Positions 1-13,196 of a stretch of DNA of 64,000 nucleotides are shown one piece after another. A model generated the notes under the pieces. That model did no database searches. It was not told where the DNA came from and worked only from the letters and a program-made list of their open reading frames with translations. The stretch's first letter is position 1; each line of letters begins with the position of its first letter. Location of the stretch: positions 12,710,001-12,774,000 of the forward strand of contig CM102286.1 of the NCBI GenBank assembly GCA_046563655.1. Reading direction: 5' to 3'. This DNA is from Yuukianura sp. NJ FZ-2021 (Eukaryota). The position numbers and the translations under genes were made by a program.

Positions 1-764
1 TTAAAGCTTCTCCTTTTCTACTGGTTAATCTGTTGGATTGAAGTTCAGCCGCTCCCAAAAGTAAAAGAAATTGTTGGACAGAAGGATAAAAGAGAAAACG
101 AGGTTTTCAAACAAAGTTCGATGATGCTTCATCTAAAAACTTCAGATTTCACTTTACTTTCACTTTTTTTTTTACTTTTTCGGCGGCAGTGTCTCCGTTT
201 GGTAGCAAGTGTGTGACAAAAAACGGTTAGCACTTTGAAAAGAGAAAAAAGAAGATAGAATGAAGTATTTATACAAAGAAACTCCCACAAGACTTTGACT
301 TTTCTTCTCTCTCTTCCTCCTTTCAAAGTTTCAGAGTCGTTGAAAGAACTTTCTCCAACCAAAATTCCTTCATCCTTGTTACAAATATTGACTTTCAGAG
401 AAGAAGACGAGGATCGATTTGGTGCTAAACGATGAAGATGAGAAGGAGAGAAGAAAGATAGATTTTCTTCCCCATACATTTATATCGTTTCGAAAGATAG
501 AAGAAGAAACTCCCAGAAAAACTGTTCGAACAAAGAATTCCAGAAAACGAATGATTTTTCTCTTCTTTTTGTGGAATTCTATCTCTTTTTGAAATCTAGG
601 TCGAAGCCTTACGGCTCATGGGAGAATTGAATCGCTTAGTTATAACGTCACTACTGGTAGCCAGAACAGTTTGTCTGATTGCATCCGAGACTTTATCTCC
701 GGGAGGTGTCAAGAAGCATCTCTGCAACTTTCTGGAGGTCTATTTGCCAAAAGAACCTTGCATC

Positions 765-1030
<266 letters not shown>

Positions 1031-1137
1031 TCAAAAAGAAAACAACCAATGTCAGTCAGACACTCCATAAATCTCACTAAAACTAAACTGGCCAACAGTT
1101 AATTTTTCCGAAAAAAAAATGTTGATAAAAAAGTTAC

Positions 1138-1288
1138 GCCAAAGTTTGAGGCCGCAAATCTGTCAGAGGCTGACACTGCGGAAGACGCCGTTGTATGGGC
1201 ATAGTACGCATTGATGTTGGCCAACAAAGTACTCATCACAGCTGGAACACTTGGACACAAGTACTTGGTAGAAAGACAATGAAAATGT
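1138..1288 (-). CDS. unc-13: MUN exon [50 protein letters not shown]
   Basis: tttcgcag|A CAT...TTT GGC|gtaact. Confidence 0.97.
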
Positions 1289-1985
1289 CTGCGAAAAAAA
1301 CCAAGAAAAAGACAACATGATTAATTTTCTGGAGACAGGCACTTTGTCCCGTCACAATTTTCTATGTCCTCAAAAACAGAAAAATAACTTCCAGGTTTTC
1401 ATTTTGATCAACACCGACGTGCTCAATTTTGTTAAAACAAAAAAGAGCGTCAACTCTACGCAGTTATAAATTTTCATTTTAAAATGTCAAGATAAGGAAA
1501 AAGAATTCGGTGATTCCTTGATTGCACCTAAGGGGTTCAGGAGACACTTGAAGGGCTCTACTGAAATAAACTTAGAAAATGAAGTTAAATAAAGAAAAAC
1601 CAGAAAAGAGACTTCAACACCGTACCAAATGTACCACAAATCAACAATCTCATCATCAAATTCCCAAGGGAAGGAAATTCTTCATTTCCTTTTAACAATA
1701 GGATCTACTCAGAAATCCATCACAAGAACCGAGAGGGAAACGGAAAACGCCTAAAAATAGTGCCTTTCCCTCAATTTAATTTCAGTTGTTTACGTTGTTC
1801 CTTTCAATTTTGTCTTTTTCCGAGAAAAAGAAAGGCAAAAGGTCATGAATTTTAAAGCAGCAGCTTTCTTTCAATGATTTAGTCAATTCCAATACACTCT
1901 CTCCCTCTCTTGTGCTGGATTTCCAATTCCAAAATGATTGATAAAGCGAAATTGATTGAAAAGCTCTTCTTTTGCTCATCCTTAC

Positions 1986-2185
1986 GTCATGGCTTGATAA
2001 ATGGACTCAATTCCATATCGCATTGCAAACTCATCTACAACATCTTGACCTGGATCTTCAAAGTAGACTTTCCAAGCATCATCGCCCTTTGGACTCGGGA
2101 GCTTCATCATGCCACCCAAGTGCTCACAGAGAAAGTGGAAGAGATTCTCATGAAGACAAGTGTACTGGACGTGATAGGGTGCAAC
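1986..2185 (-). CDS. unc-13: Post-C2B/MUN exon [20 protein letters not shown]...[31 protein letters not shown]
   Basis: cccctag|GTT GCA...ATG AC|gtaagg. Confidence 0.98.
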
Positions 2186-2437
2186 CTAGGGGATTTCAAA
2201 AAGATTTTAAAAAGTTGAGTCCATAAGTAGCTGGTTCTCTTGTTCAAAAAGAACAATAGGCGGCGTTGAAGCCTCTCTACTTTAAATTCTGAAAAGTTCT
2301 TTCCTTTTATAAGTCTTTCCACAGAAGTCGATTTTTCAAATCTCTGCCTACTTTTGCTTTCACTTTTTTGACTAAACTTTCAACCACGTAATACTTATTT
2401 CTAGGAAATTTTTCTGACGTCTAACTTCATTTTTCTA

Positions 2438-2611
<174 letters not shown>

Positions 2612-2736
2612 TTAATGATGTGGTTCAAACCACTCGACTCCATTCTTTACACTTCAACTCAAATCTAAAACATTTTCAAAGTTAAGCTTAACTTAACCTG
2701 TTAGCCTAACAAATATTTATAGAGGCGTAAACTTAC

Positions 2737-2863
2737 TTCAATTATTGTTTGGCCCAAGAAGTCATCAGATTCGCGCGTAAACTTTTGGCGGAGCTTGGAT
2801 TTGATATCATTGTCTTCGTCCCAGACACGAACTTTTATCCGATCCGAAGAATTATGACATTCA
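2737..2863 (-). CDS. unc-13: C2B exon [42 protein letters not shown]
   Basis: tgtgtag|T GAA...ATT GAA|gtaagt; WDED and SDDFLG motifs. Confidence 0.98.
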
Positions 2864-3046
2864 CTACACAAGAAAGAGTAAACGAGAAATTGAATTGGAG
2901 CGTCTGGTGTTCAGGAAAAAGTAAACTTTTTAGATTTATAACTCAATTTCCTTTTCAAAGAAGAAGAAGAACTTGGAAATTATTATTTTTCATTCAGTTC
3001 CTTCTTCTTCCTGAATAACTTCCATTTCCTTTTGCCAAACACTTAC

Positions 3047-3188
3047 AAGTAAAACTTTTCGTTCCACACGGGGTTCAGTTCCTGCAACATTGTTCTTGTC
3101 CTCTTCTTGACTTTGCCGACTTGAACTGTAACGTAGGGATCGGAAGTGCCACTTTTATCTTTGGCAATCAGGCCTTGAGCACAAATAA
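3047..3188 (-). CDS. unc-13: C2B exon [48 protein letters not shown]
   Basis: gtacag|TT ATT TGT...TAC TT|gtaagt; Ca2+-binding loop 1 aspartates intact. Confidence 0.98.
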
Positions 3189-5259
3189 CTGTACGATGAA
3201 AAAGAGAAAGGAAATTAGTTACTCCCCGAAGTTGAATTAGACTTGAAAGGAGGATAAATGGCAGTCTCTGGCACAAGCACAGGCAACAACGTGTTGAACA
3301 TAGAAGAAAGAGGAAGAAGAAAAGCGAAGATGCTGTTACTCTGCAGAAGAAAAAACATCAATTTCCTAAACACAGATTTGAAGAACAAGCCAAAAAAGCC
3401 ACAGGAATTTAAGATGTTAAGGTTAAATGGAAAGTGAAAGGAGCAGAGAAAGTGGAGAAACATCAAACATCCTCATTTCCGTTTTGTTTTTCATCCAAAA
3501 CCTAAATTCTTCATCATCTTCGCATCTTCACATCGAAAAATCCCTTTGATCTCTGTTTACTCTTCCTCTTTGGCATGTTGAGGATTATAAGCACCAAAAA
3601 GTTGGTCCAATCTATTTTGGAAGACTGTGAGAGTCTTGTCAAAACTTTAAGCTTTTTTTCAGTCTTGCGTCGTATCGTTAACTTTCGTAGCGTCTTCCCA
3701 AATTCGCTTGGGAGATATTACTTTCTCCTTATCTCATTATTCACTTTCTCACAGGTCCCCATAGGCCGATGCTTTCTCCACTTTCACCCCTAACCACTCC
3801 GCTCTCCAATACACTTCCAGACTATCAAGATCAGAACAAGAGAGGAACCTCCAGTCCATAAAAATTGAATAAATGCTACGGCATTCTCATGCATTGACAA
3901 CCAGACACGCCAAGTACATAAAACCACAACAGATAACCTTAGGAAAACTGTGCAACAAGGGAATGGAGAAAGTGGTGTAGAGGGAACAGAGCAGTCACCA
4001 CATCAAGGCAAAATTGTAATTTGACTACTTCAAAAAGCTTTGAAGAGTGTGAGTACAAAGGCACAAAACCGCAACACGATAAGCATATTTATAGGCTCAT
4101 GTAACTTTTATAACTTTTAACTACATTTCATGAGCTTTACTAGGAACATCATCTGAAAATACGAAGAGCGGAAATGAGCAAAAGCCTTTCACTTTCTATT
4201 TCATTTATGACATGACCTACACTAGGTCTCAGTGGGTTTGTTTACTCCTACGGTTTAACACTAACCAACTATGATCTTGTGAACTACACTAGAGATTTCA
4301 GTGTCGCTGTACTTATTATGCCTAAACTAATCACATGACTAGATTATACCCACACTGCAAAAATTATACCCTAGGCAAAAATTGGTAGACATTGTGCAAA
4401 GTGGTGGCTATAAAAACATTAAGATAGAACTTTATGTGAAATACAGAAACTTTTTTTTTTATATAAAAAGCTCTTTTGGCAAAAACTAAAATATTTCATA
4501 GCGCCTGAAAAACACTACCTTATATGCAAGATTTTCCCTTGGATGGCGCATTTCATTTACGGTTATATTTTTTTTTTCAAAATTCGACAGTTAGAATAAC
4601 GTCAAGTTTTTGATTGACTAGCAACTATCGTGTATTCCAAAAGTGAGTTTCATCTTTCTCTGCACAAAACTCATAAGCTCCAAAACCTCCACGGCGAGAG
4701 ATGGGAGATGAGATGGAGAAGTTACACAGGGAGGAAAAAAAGATGAAACTCACTTTTGGAACACACGATACAATGTAAGGCGAGATTTTTTTTTAATATA
4801 GAAAACCTGGGCACTTTTTTTTTACCAAATTTTTGCCAGGGAATTTACTTTCACTCCAAAAAATTTCTTAGTAACTAACGGACGTCAGCGCGTGTAAAAC
4901 TGCAAATGAAAATCGTGAATCTCGAGAGCGTCTAGTTTTAAAAATCTGCTCCAACTATCCAATTTCGCAGCGGCACAACTCACTAGGCAACTACTTTTCT
5001 AAAAGGGCAGCCTTTGACAAAGGTGTAAGTAATAAAAAAGTGTTTGTCACTGGAGTTACTAAAAGTGAGAAAAAGTTGCGAAACAAAAAAGTTACTAAAG
5101 GAGAGCAGAGATGTGTCAAAACTATAACAAATTAGAATTGGATAAACGTGAAGTGCCAGAAAAATTTAATTAACACCTCTGCATATCACTCTGTAGCTGA
5201 CTAATTACTACTGTTTTGGTATATTCGACAAAGGGATTGTACAGAACTTAAGTGTATAC

Positions 5260-5366
5260 CTGTAATTGCAATTTTGCAGGACCATTTGGAAGTACCCTCA
5301 ACAACAATAGACTCTGCCTCTTCTAAGTTATCTAGGTGCGTGTCAGGGTCGACACCAAATGTGGTT
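5260..5366 (-). CDS. unc-13: Mutually exclusive exon b: TTFGVDPDTHLDNLEEAESIVVEGTSKWSCKIAIT (107 nt)
   Basis: ccttgacag|A ACC...ACA G|gtatac; same length and phases as exon a, paralogous sequence. Confidence 0.93.
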
Positions 5367-6089
5367 CTGTCAAGGAAGTTATTCATTTCATTATTGCATA
5401 CTTTTTTTCGCGATAGTTTCTAACCTAGACCGTTTCGCCTTTCACCTGCAGAAGTTAGCGCATGATTTGTGACACACAAAAAGATTACGAAGTAACCTTT
5501 GACATTTCAGCATGCAGTTTTATGAATGTCGGGGTCATTGAACTTGTCATTGAACTAAAAAAAATAACTGGAACCGACCGCGCAACCTCAATTTCTCCCC
5601 AGCGAAATGAAAGTTTCTGCAGGGCTTTTGCCTCTAGAGCCGCAGATTATAAATAATTCGTCTGTAGTAGTAGTCGTGGGGTTATTTGGATGAATAATGA
5701 AGTTGAAAAGTTTACGACCATGTCCGTCTGTTTTCCACAGAAAGAAAGTTTAGACTAAGAAATTTTGCAACGACTAGTCAAATGTACATCAGTCGCACTT
5801 AAACTAGTCATTTCCCTAATAGATTTTCTGCAAATAATCCAATTAGTTTTCCTCCATCAACACTTTTCTAGTAATTCGTTACTTAATAATTGTTTTTAGT
5901 CTTGGCTTAAATTAACACCTTTTAGTGTAACCTTAGGTGAGTACAAGAAACAGAGCATAAAGCAGAGACAGCATAGAGACAGAAAACACCAAGGTAAATG
6001 AAGTATAACACACCGTTCAAGAATTACGTGACAAAGAAAGTTGAAAGGGAAAGTTCTTTTTTGTTTGAATCTTTGCAGAATTTACAAAC

Positions 6090-6196
6090 CTGTGATGGCA
6101 ATTTTCGCAGACCATTTGCTAGTTCCATCTAAGACTGATTGCTTTATAGCCTTCATGTGTCCTGTGTGACTCTTTTCTTCTACCGTAAATACCTCC
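6090..6196 (-). CDS. unc-13: Mutually exclusive exon a: [35 protein letters not shown] (107 nt)
   Basis: attctag|G GAG...ACA G|gtttgt; phase 2-1; canonical [15 protein letters not shown]. Confidence 0.95.
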
Positions 6197-6994
6197 CTAG
6201 AATACAATCATTTCATGATAGAAATGGCTCCAAAATTCAAAAATTTCAAATTTTGAAAAATCACACTACATAAGAAATTTGAAATTTGATCATTTTGACT
6301 CTCCGGGAAGTTTTACTGTCCTCTTGTGATTTCCTTGAAAAAGATGGAATGGGTGTAACGAACTTTTTTTTAGTTCAAAAACTCTTCTTTTTTCAAAAAA
6401 AAATCATGTAGATTTTATAGCGCTGCAGCGCTGGCCCATATAAAAATCAAATTTAGCTCCCCGACTTATAAAATTTTTAGTAACTCAAATTGGATCTTAT
6501 ACCGGACGAGAATTTTGTTTCAAAATTTTTGTAGGATAGCTCATTGCGTAATGTTGCAACTCTTTTGCGCATCAGAAAAAAACTTTAGAAGGAAGTTTTC
6601 AACGTCTGTCAAATGCATCACTGCTTTCCACGTTAAGTGCATTGATAGAAGATCACTTTTTCTTCAACATTTCTTCAAAATATATTGAAGTGTCACGTAC
6701 AAAGTATGAACGGAAAAGTTCCAAATTGTAGTCGAAATCACTAAAAATTTTGTCCATTAAATTTTTACACTCGAAAGAAAGTGATACTTTTCTTCCTTTA
6801 ACTTCTGACATTTGCTATTCTAATACGGCATTTGCCATCAAATTTCCTGAGGGAAATTAGGATATCCATGGTTTGGTTTAGGTTCAATTCAATTATGTGA
6901 AGGCCACCATGACCACAAGTCTAAAGTTCTTCGGTTGAATTAATTAAATTTTAGTATTCAAAATTCCCATTTCAACATGAAGAAAGCTACTAAC

Positions 6995-7115
6995 CTGATG
7001 AGTTCAAATATTTCTGGCTTTTGTCTCTCCCGCTGCTTCATAATCTCTTTCATGGCTGTTATGATCGAGTTTGCTTTGTCTTCCGCTCCATGCTTGCAAC
7101 TTTTCTCCGCCGCTC
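6995..7115 (-). CDS. unc-13: C1-C2B linker exon [41 protein letters not shown]
   Basis: aattttag|GA GCG...ATC AG|gttagt. Confidence 0.97.
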
Positions 7116-8110
7116 CTAAAATTACAGAAAGAGAATCCGAGAATTTCAGAAACTTCAGGAATCCAGTGCGCCCATCTGCTCTCCATTGACTTGATTTTGA
7201 CCTCTCTTGACCTGTGATTTTCCATTCAATTAATCCCACCAAAAAACTCAAAATCATAAAAAAAAAGAACCAAAAAATCAAAAATCGACAAAATCAAAAC
7301 CCAAAATGTGAATAATCAATAGCAAAGCAAAGCTCGGCTTCGCCTGAAAAACTTTTACCCGGCAAGTTTTGTCAAAAAAAAAATTATTTTTAGCTCGTCT
7401 CGCCATTGTTGTTGGCAGTTAAATAAAAAATTCAAAAACTAAGAATCATTTTTTAGTATTATGTTTCAAACTGGAAATTCCGGTGATTTTCCAGTTCTAA
7501 AATAGCCATAATTCTGTTCGTCCACGGCCAATTTATTAAAATGAGGGCTCATTTCCTCATACATTTTGAACCATTAGTCTAAAATTTACCAATGAATCTC
7601 TTTTGGTGACACTTTGGCCAAAGGCATTCTCTTTTCCTTTCCAGATTCCCATCCATTTCACTTTCACTTTTGATAATGAAAATCAATTGAATTTAAAAGT
7701 CAACTTAAAAGGAAATGAAAGGGAAAGAGAAAGTTCCTTTTGATCTCCTGTTCCAATCTACTACCAAAGCAACCAAAAAGTTCCTTAGAAAATTTTCCAG
7801 ATAAGAACCGAGAATGAGGCCGCTCTCAACTGAGAATGAACAAATCGGATAAAAAACTTAAAAAGAAGTCTTTTTCCAATGGGTTGGAAAGCAGATGGAA
7901 AAGACTGAAAACTTTCTTCGCCTACTCAAAAAGACTAAAAAAAAGTTTAAATCAGTTTTAACTTGGACAATCTGACACAATTTTTATAGGCACTACACCA
8001 CCGCCTACTTTTACCATCGTAGAACCTAAAATGTTAAAATGTTCTAGACAACTGGGCAAAAACTTATTTTTTTCGTAGTGAAACTTTTGGCGCGCTAAGT
8101 TTTTGATTTA

Positions 8111-8439
<329 letters not shown>

Positions 8440-9825
8440 CTATAGTGTCAAAACCAAAAAATAAAAAAGTAGAGCAACCCATTGCAGAAAGATTAAAAAA
8501 GAAAACGTCTCCAGCAGAGGTTTTCTAAAAATGAAAGAAAAAAAATCCACCGCGACCAACATTTTTCACTTAAAAACAAATGCGAGACGCCCCCAGTCCG
8601 CTCTATGCTTTCTATTTTTATAATACACATGTATGTACTTTCGCATAATTTCAAATTTCCCGCAGAGTGAACGGAAGAAAGAACACAGAGGGTAATGGCG
8701 GAAGTGCCAAAGAAGAGAAATCACTCGACTGTAAAAGTTACGCCTTCAATTTCTCTACTACTTTTTCTTGCTAAAAAGCGGCTGTAGCACCAGAAGAAGA
8801 AAAAGCGCCCTCCAAGACACTGTCGAAAACCATTGCCTATTTAATTTCTCATCCCTTTGTTTGCTTCAACCAAAAAAAAAGTTAAAATAGTTTTTCGAAA
8901 ATAACAAAAGGATTGAATTTGCGGTAAAAGAGAAACCGAAGTGGCTGTGACGAAGATTGGTTCAAAGCTGAAGTGGAAAGTTCATTTTTTCTCTTCTCCG
9001 CTTTTTCTCTAGGGAATTTTCTTTTTGAATTTCATTATGAAAGAGACGCCCCGAGTTTTCAATTGAGGATGAGCAAAGAAAAACGAGCGGGTTTTCAAAA
9101 TTACGCGCGACTCCTCTTCAAAAATGAATTCCTATTCACTTTGTCAGGCTAAAAACTAAATTAGGTTTTAGATCCGAAACAGAGATGAGATAATCAGGAA
9201 AGGTTTTGAATTCCGGATTTTGGCGCTCTTGAAAACAGCTGCTGCCGTCATTTTAAAAGCCATGTTAGCGGTATGGTTTAAGCGTTGGACGTTAATAGAA
9301 TTAGAGTCTAATTTTTCAATCCAAATCCTTACTCCAGCGTTCTGCTTTACAGCTTTCACTACCATTGTTTCGGCTTTTTCTTCCTTAATTCACAATAACG
9401 AATTCAATTTACACATGTTGATTGCCATCAGTATCAGTAAATACAACTTATACAGGCGATATTTTTTAAATCAACTTTTTTTAAGCATGCCTGTGAAGAT
9501 TTCGTAAAATTCTAAGTTGCCGGGTTTGTGCACCAACGAAAAAACCAGAATGTGAACCAAAAATGCGAAAGTTCACTTCTGGTTAAAACAATAATTCCCG
9601 CCTTTTGCTACTCTTCAGACGGAATTTTTCATTTTAAAGATACAGTTATAGATTTGAAGTCGAGCAAAATGTAAATGTTATCATTCCGTTCGACGTTTCG
9701 TCTGTGAAAATAAGTAAAACAAACGAGACGGAAGAAGATGGCATGGCGCTGCTCTTTTTCCCGCGTTCGCTCGTAAATTTCAATTTGCCTGGTTGTTACA
9801 GAAGTGAAATAAAAGTGATGCATAC

Positions 9826-9900
9826 CAATTCTTCATCGTTGAGTGTAGCTCGAGGGATGGCATTTGTGAGGCCTGCTTGACGTTTCGTGGCCGCCATTGT
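9826..9900 (-). CDS. unc-13: 75-nt exon TMAATKRQAGLTNAIPRATLNDEEL
   Basis: ttcttttag|ACA ATG...GAA TTG|gtatgc; conserved pre-C1 sequence. Confidence 0.95.
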
Positions 9901-10354
9901 CTAAAAGAAAGTGAAAGTCGAAAAAATAAAATGTAGAGAATTTTGACTATATAGTAACAGCACGGCTCTCTGCCCAATTTTTGATTCCATTAGGTTAGAT
10001 TCAGCTTTCAATTTGGAAATAAAGCAAGAAGAGAGTAGCAGCAGGACGAGAGTTTCGGTTAGGTAGTGGGTAGAATTGAAATTGAATTTACATAAGAGAA
10101 AGTAAAGGAAGTAAAGGCACTTTCGAGTTAAGGATAGAAAGGCTTTTGGGCTGACTTTGGTTACGTAAAAAGAAGATAGCAAATAGAAAAAGTAACGGAA
10201 TGAAATTGATGATGGAGAGGAGAGAAAGCATTTGGGTTTTGAGCATATCAACGTCATAAGGTTACAATGGAAATAAAGTAAGACAAATTGACTGGGAGAA
10301 GGAGGGAGACAGACGGAGGAATTGGTGCTGGTTACAATGTGAATTAAAGAATAC

Positions 10355-10363
10355 CTTGAGAAC
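10355..10363 (-). CDS. unc-13: 9-nt microexon encoding VLK
   Basis: Long polypyrimidine tract, then ttctaatgggatcag|GTT CTC AAG|gtattc; phase 0-0 between LVSEL and TMAATKR. Confidence 0.78.
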
Positions 10364-11115
10364 CTGATCCCATTAGAATCCATTTGAGAAGAAAGCAATA
10401 GGAAATAGAAGGATAAAAAGAAAGTATTCATTAATGTAGTGTACTACTCAGAAATCACATTCAGAAGAAAAGACAATGACTGTAAAGTTCTTGGAGAGAA
10501 CTGGAGAACACGCTACACGTCAAGTAACACATCAATTACGAAATACGTAGAACTCAAAATGGAGAACAGAGTGAACTCTGAACAAGAATTATTAAATCAG
10601 CGAAGGGAGACGAGTAAAAGGGAAGGGTACAAGAATAAATTAATATTAAATTTCCATTTCAAATGGGAACAGAAGAAGACACGTCTTAAGAGTTCATTGA
10701 TCTTCTCAATTTCTTTGGAATGACGCGTGAACCGAAAATGTAACATGAAACGAAACTAAAAAAAAGCCTCTCTCTTTTCCTATCATGATTCATGAGAAAA
10801 AGATATGTGAAAGTTAATAATCATTGTCACACTTTTGTCCGAGCAACTTTCTCTAGTACATAAATTGAAGTTCAAAAGAATTTTGACTTTCATTATTTTG
10901 AAAAGTATTTTGGCAAATGAAACTTCTCCGAAAAGACGTACCACAGAAACATGACATAAAATTCTACAGGTATCAAACGTAACTTTTCGACAAAACATAA
11001 ATTGACAAACATAGTTGTTCCTAAATTTTGAAATATTTCTAACTGCAGTGTTTTAGAAAACGACAGAATATTTGTATGGATGGGATATTTTTAATTAAAA
11101 AAAATTCGGTCTTAC

Positions 11116-11206
11116 CAATTCGGACACCAAAGGAATGGATTTCCGCCTGGGTCGAATGTCAGGCATACTGTCGATTGTGGAGTAGAATGGATTGTCACTA
11201 GGATGA
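11116..11206 (-). CDS. unc-13: 91-nt exon HPSDNPFYSTIDSMPDIRPRRKSIPLVSEL
   Basis: ttttgcag|T CAT...GAA TTG|gtaaga; carries the conserved Unc13 IDSMPD..IPLVS motif. Confidence 0.96.
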
Positions 11207-11594
11207 CTGCAAAATGGAAATACAAACAGAGACATCAACTTTTATAAGTATTCTCACGACTAACTTTATACAAAGCGCAAACCCCAACGCTGGAGGCAAC
11301 GAACCAAAATGTAAATAACGTAAACCAGTGCCAACTTACTTTAATTTACAATTTGGGTTGAAATCTAGCCGCAAAGGAAAGATGACAAGTTGGAGAGAGA
11401 CTAAAACTGCTTTCTCCAAATTGTTACCATTCCCTTGGCATTACGTTACTTTCATGACAAAATACAATTCCAACAAATGGGACCATTACACGCATTTACA
11501 TAACGTTCTCTCATGGTTCCATAGAAATGTGTCCTTTGGCAAATAAATATACGACTAAAATAACATACGCCATCCGTCCAGATTTTATTCTTAC

Positions 11595-11632
11595 CCGCTT
11601 CCGCGTGCCCCATCAATTCCTCCGCCACCGCT
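11595..11632 (-). CDS. unc-13: 38-nt Gly-rich linker exon SGGGGIDGARGS(G)
   Basis: gagcag|AGC GGT...AGC GG|gtaaga. It supplies the phase 0-to-2 bridge needed between the CaM exon and the next exon. Confidence 0.75.
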
Positions 11633-13196
11633 CTGCTCAAAACCAGTAAAAAAGTCAAAAGTTAAGATTTACATCACAAAACTTTTGAATCAAGCTACTA
11701 CAATCTTTTCAAACTACAACAATATAGTATTTCAAATTTTTTCTGATCAAAATCCAATTCTTTCATGGGCTCTCTTCTAACGAAGGCTAATTAATCATAG
11801 CGTCTAAAAGTCTGCGCTGCTCACAGAATTTCCGGAGCGGAAGTAAATTAAATTGGAGTTTTAGAGGAAAAGTGAAAGTTGAAGTACCGTTTCTTTTGCA
11901 AGTTAAAAGAAGGTTAATGAGTCTAAAAATAGAAATGTTTAGATACGACTTTGTTACTTTCCTGCGCCATTTGAAGTTAAATACTAAGCTAACCAAAAGT
12001 TTTTGCAAGGAAACTCCAGGTCCAGGCAAGCAGAAAGTTATGAAAGTTTCGGATAAATAAATTATTACGGTGTTTCCAACTCCAACTTTTCACGTCCAGA
12101 TAATTCCAAATGTAAACGACGACTCTGAGTTGAGTCGTGGGAAAGTTTGAACTTGGAAAGTGTCACGGAAATGACATTCCCATAACCCCATTTCCCATCT
12201 CGATTCTGTCATAATATGCTCAAACTATGTTCTAAGAACTTTTAGACCAGAAATTAACGGAACCGTAGTTGCGTAGTTGACAAACAATCCTTATTTGAAC
12301 TTTGCCACGCTTCATCACACGCTAATGGTTGAAAAAAGGGGTTTACTTATGAACGTCCAAGTTTCTCCGAGGTTACTACTTTCTGTTTTGACTGTTTGGT
12401 CATTTACAAAGTGCAGGGGGGTCATGTGGTGCTGTACCAGTTTCAACAGATTCATACTACTTCCTTAACGTGTCTGGAGAAGAATAGATTTAGAATTGGA
12501 GTTGAGACATAGTTGAGTGAACTCAATTTACTTTCTCTGACATGAAACGACCGAGAAAGAACCGATATTTGTCTTTCAGTAGCCCGACCCGACTAAACTT
12601 AGCATTATTTTTGTTCACCCGCTTCGTAGTCTGCTGCAGTGACTGACAAATAGTGACGCTCGAATGTAATCAAATTATGCCAAGTAAAATACGAAAACGT
12701 AAAGTAAAATGGAGAGTAACAAATTCTAGCTAGGCGACTGAAATCAGGAATGTTACACAGTGATACATCAACCCAACTTGAAATGCAAACTAACACATTG
12801 AGTCAAAGCCTGAGAATCGATTATGTGTCACATTATTCCAGTGGCGTGCAAAGCCGAAACATTTCCTGAAATCTCAGGCAATATCTGTATAGAATCTCTA
12901 GTATTCTTTGTCACTTTCGTCAACAAAGTCGACCAAACACAAAAACACTATGCAAACCTCCATTTTAAAAATTTCTTAATTCTCGCATACTTTGGAAATC
13001 ATTTTGAAAATATTTCCCCATTCAGCAAAACACACGTTTGACTTTAAAAACCGGAACTAAAAAAATCCAAACTTAGATTTAAAAAATCTAACTCCAAATT
13101 TCATAGTTAGTTCTGAGATTGGCATTTCGAAATAATTTGGCTGTTTCAAAAATTATGGCATCTAACGCCCATCGTAGAAATATAAAAACCACTTAC

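Noticed and set aside
6419..6432. 14-bp palindrome AGCGCTGCAGCGCT (and a 10-bp stem at 31404-31434)
   Set aside because: Isolated short inverted repeats without supporting context
9901..10431. 176-aa hydrophobic ORF
   Set aside because: Translation of pyrimidine-rich intron sequence flanking the microexon; F/L/S-rich with no coding signature
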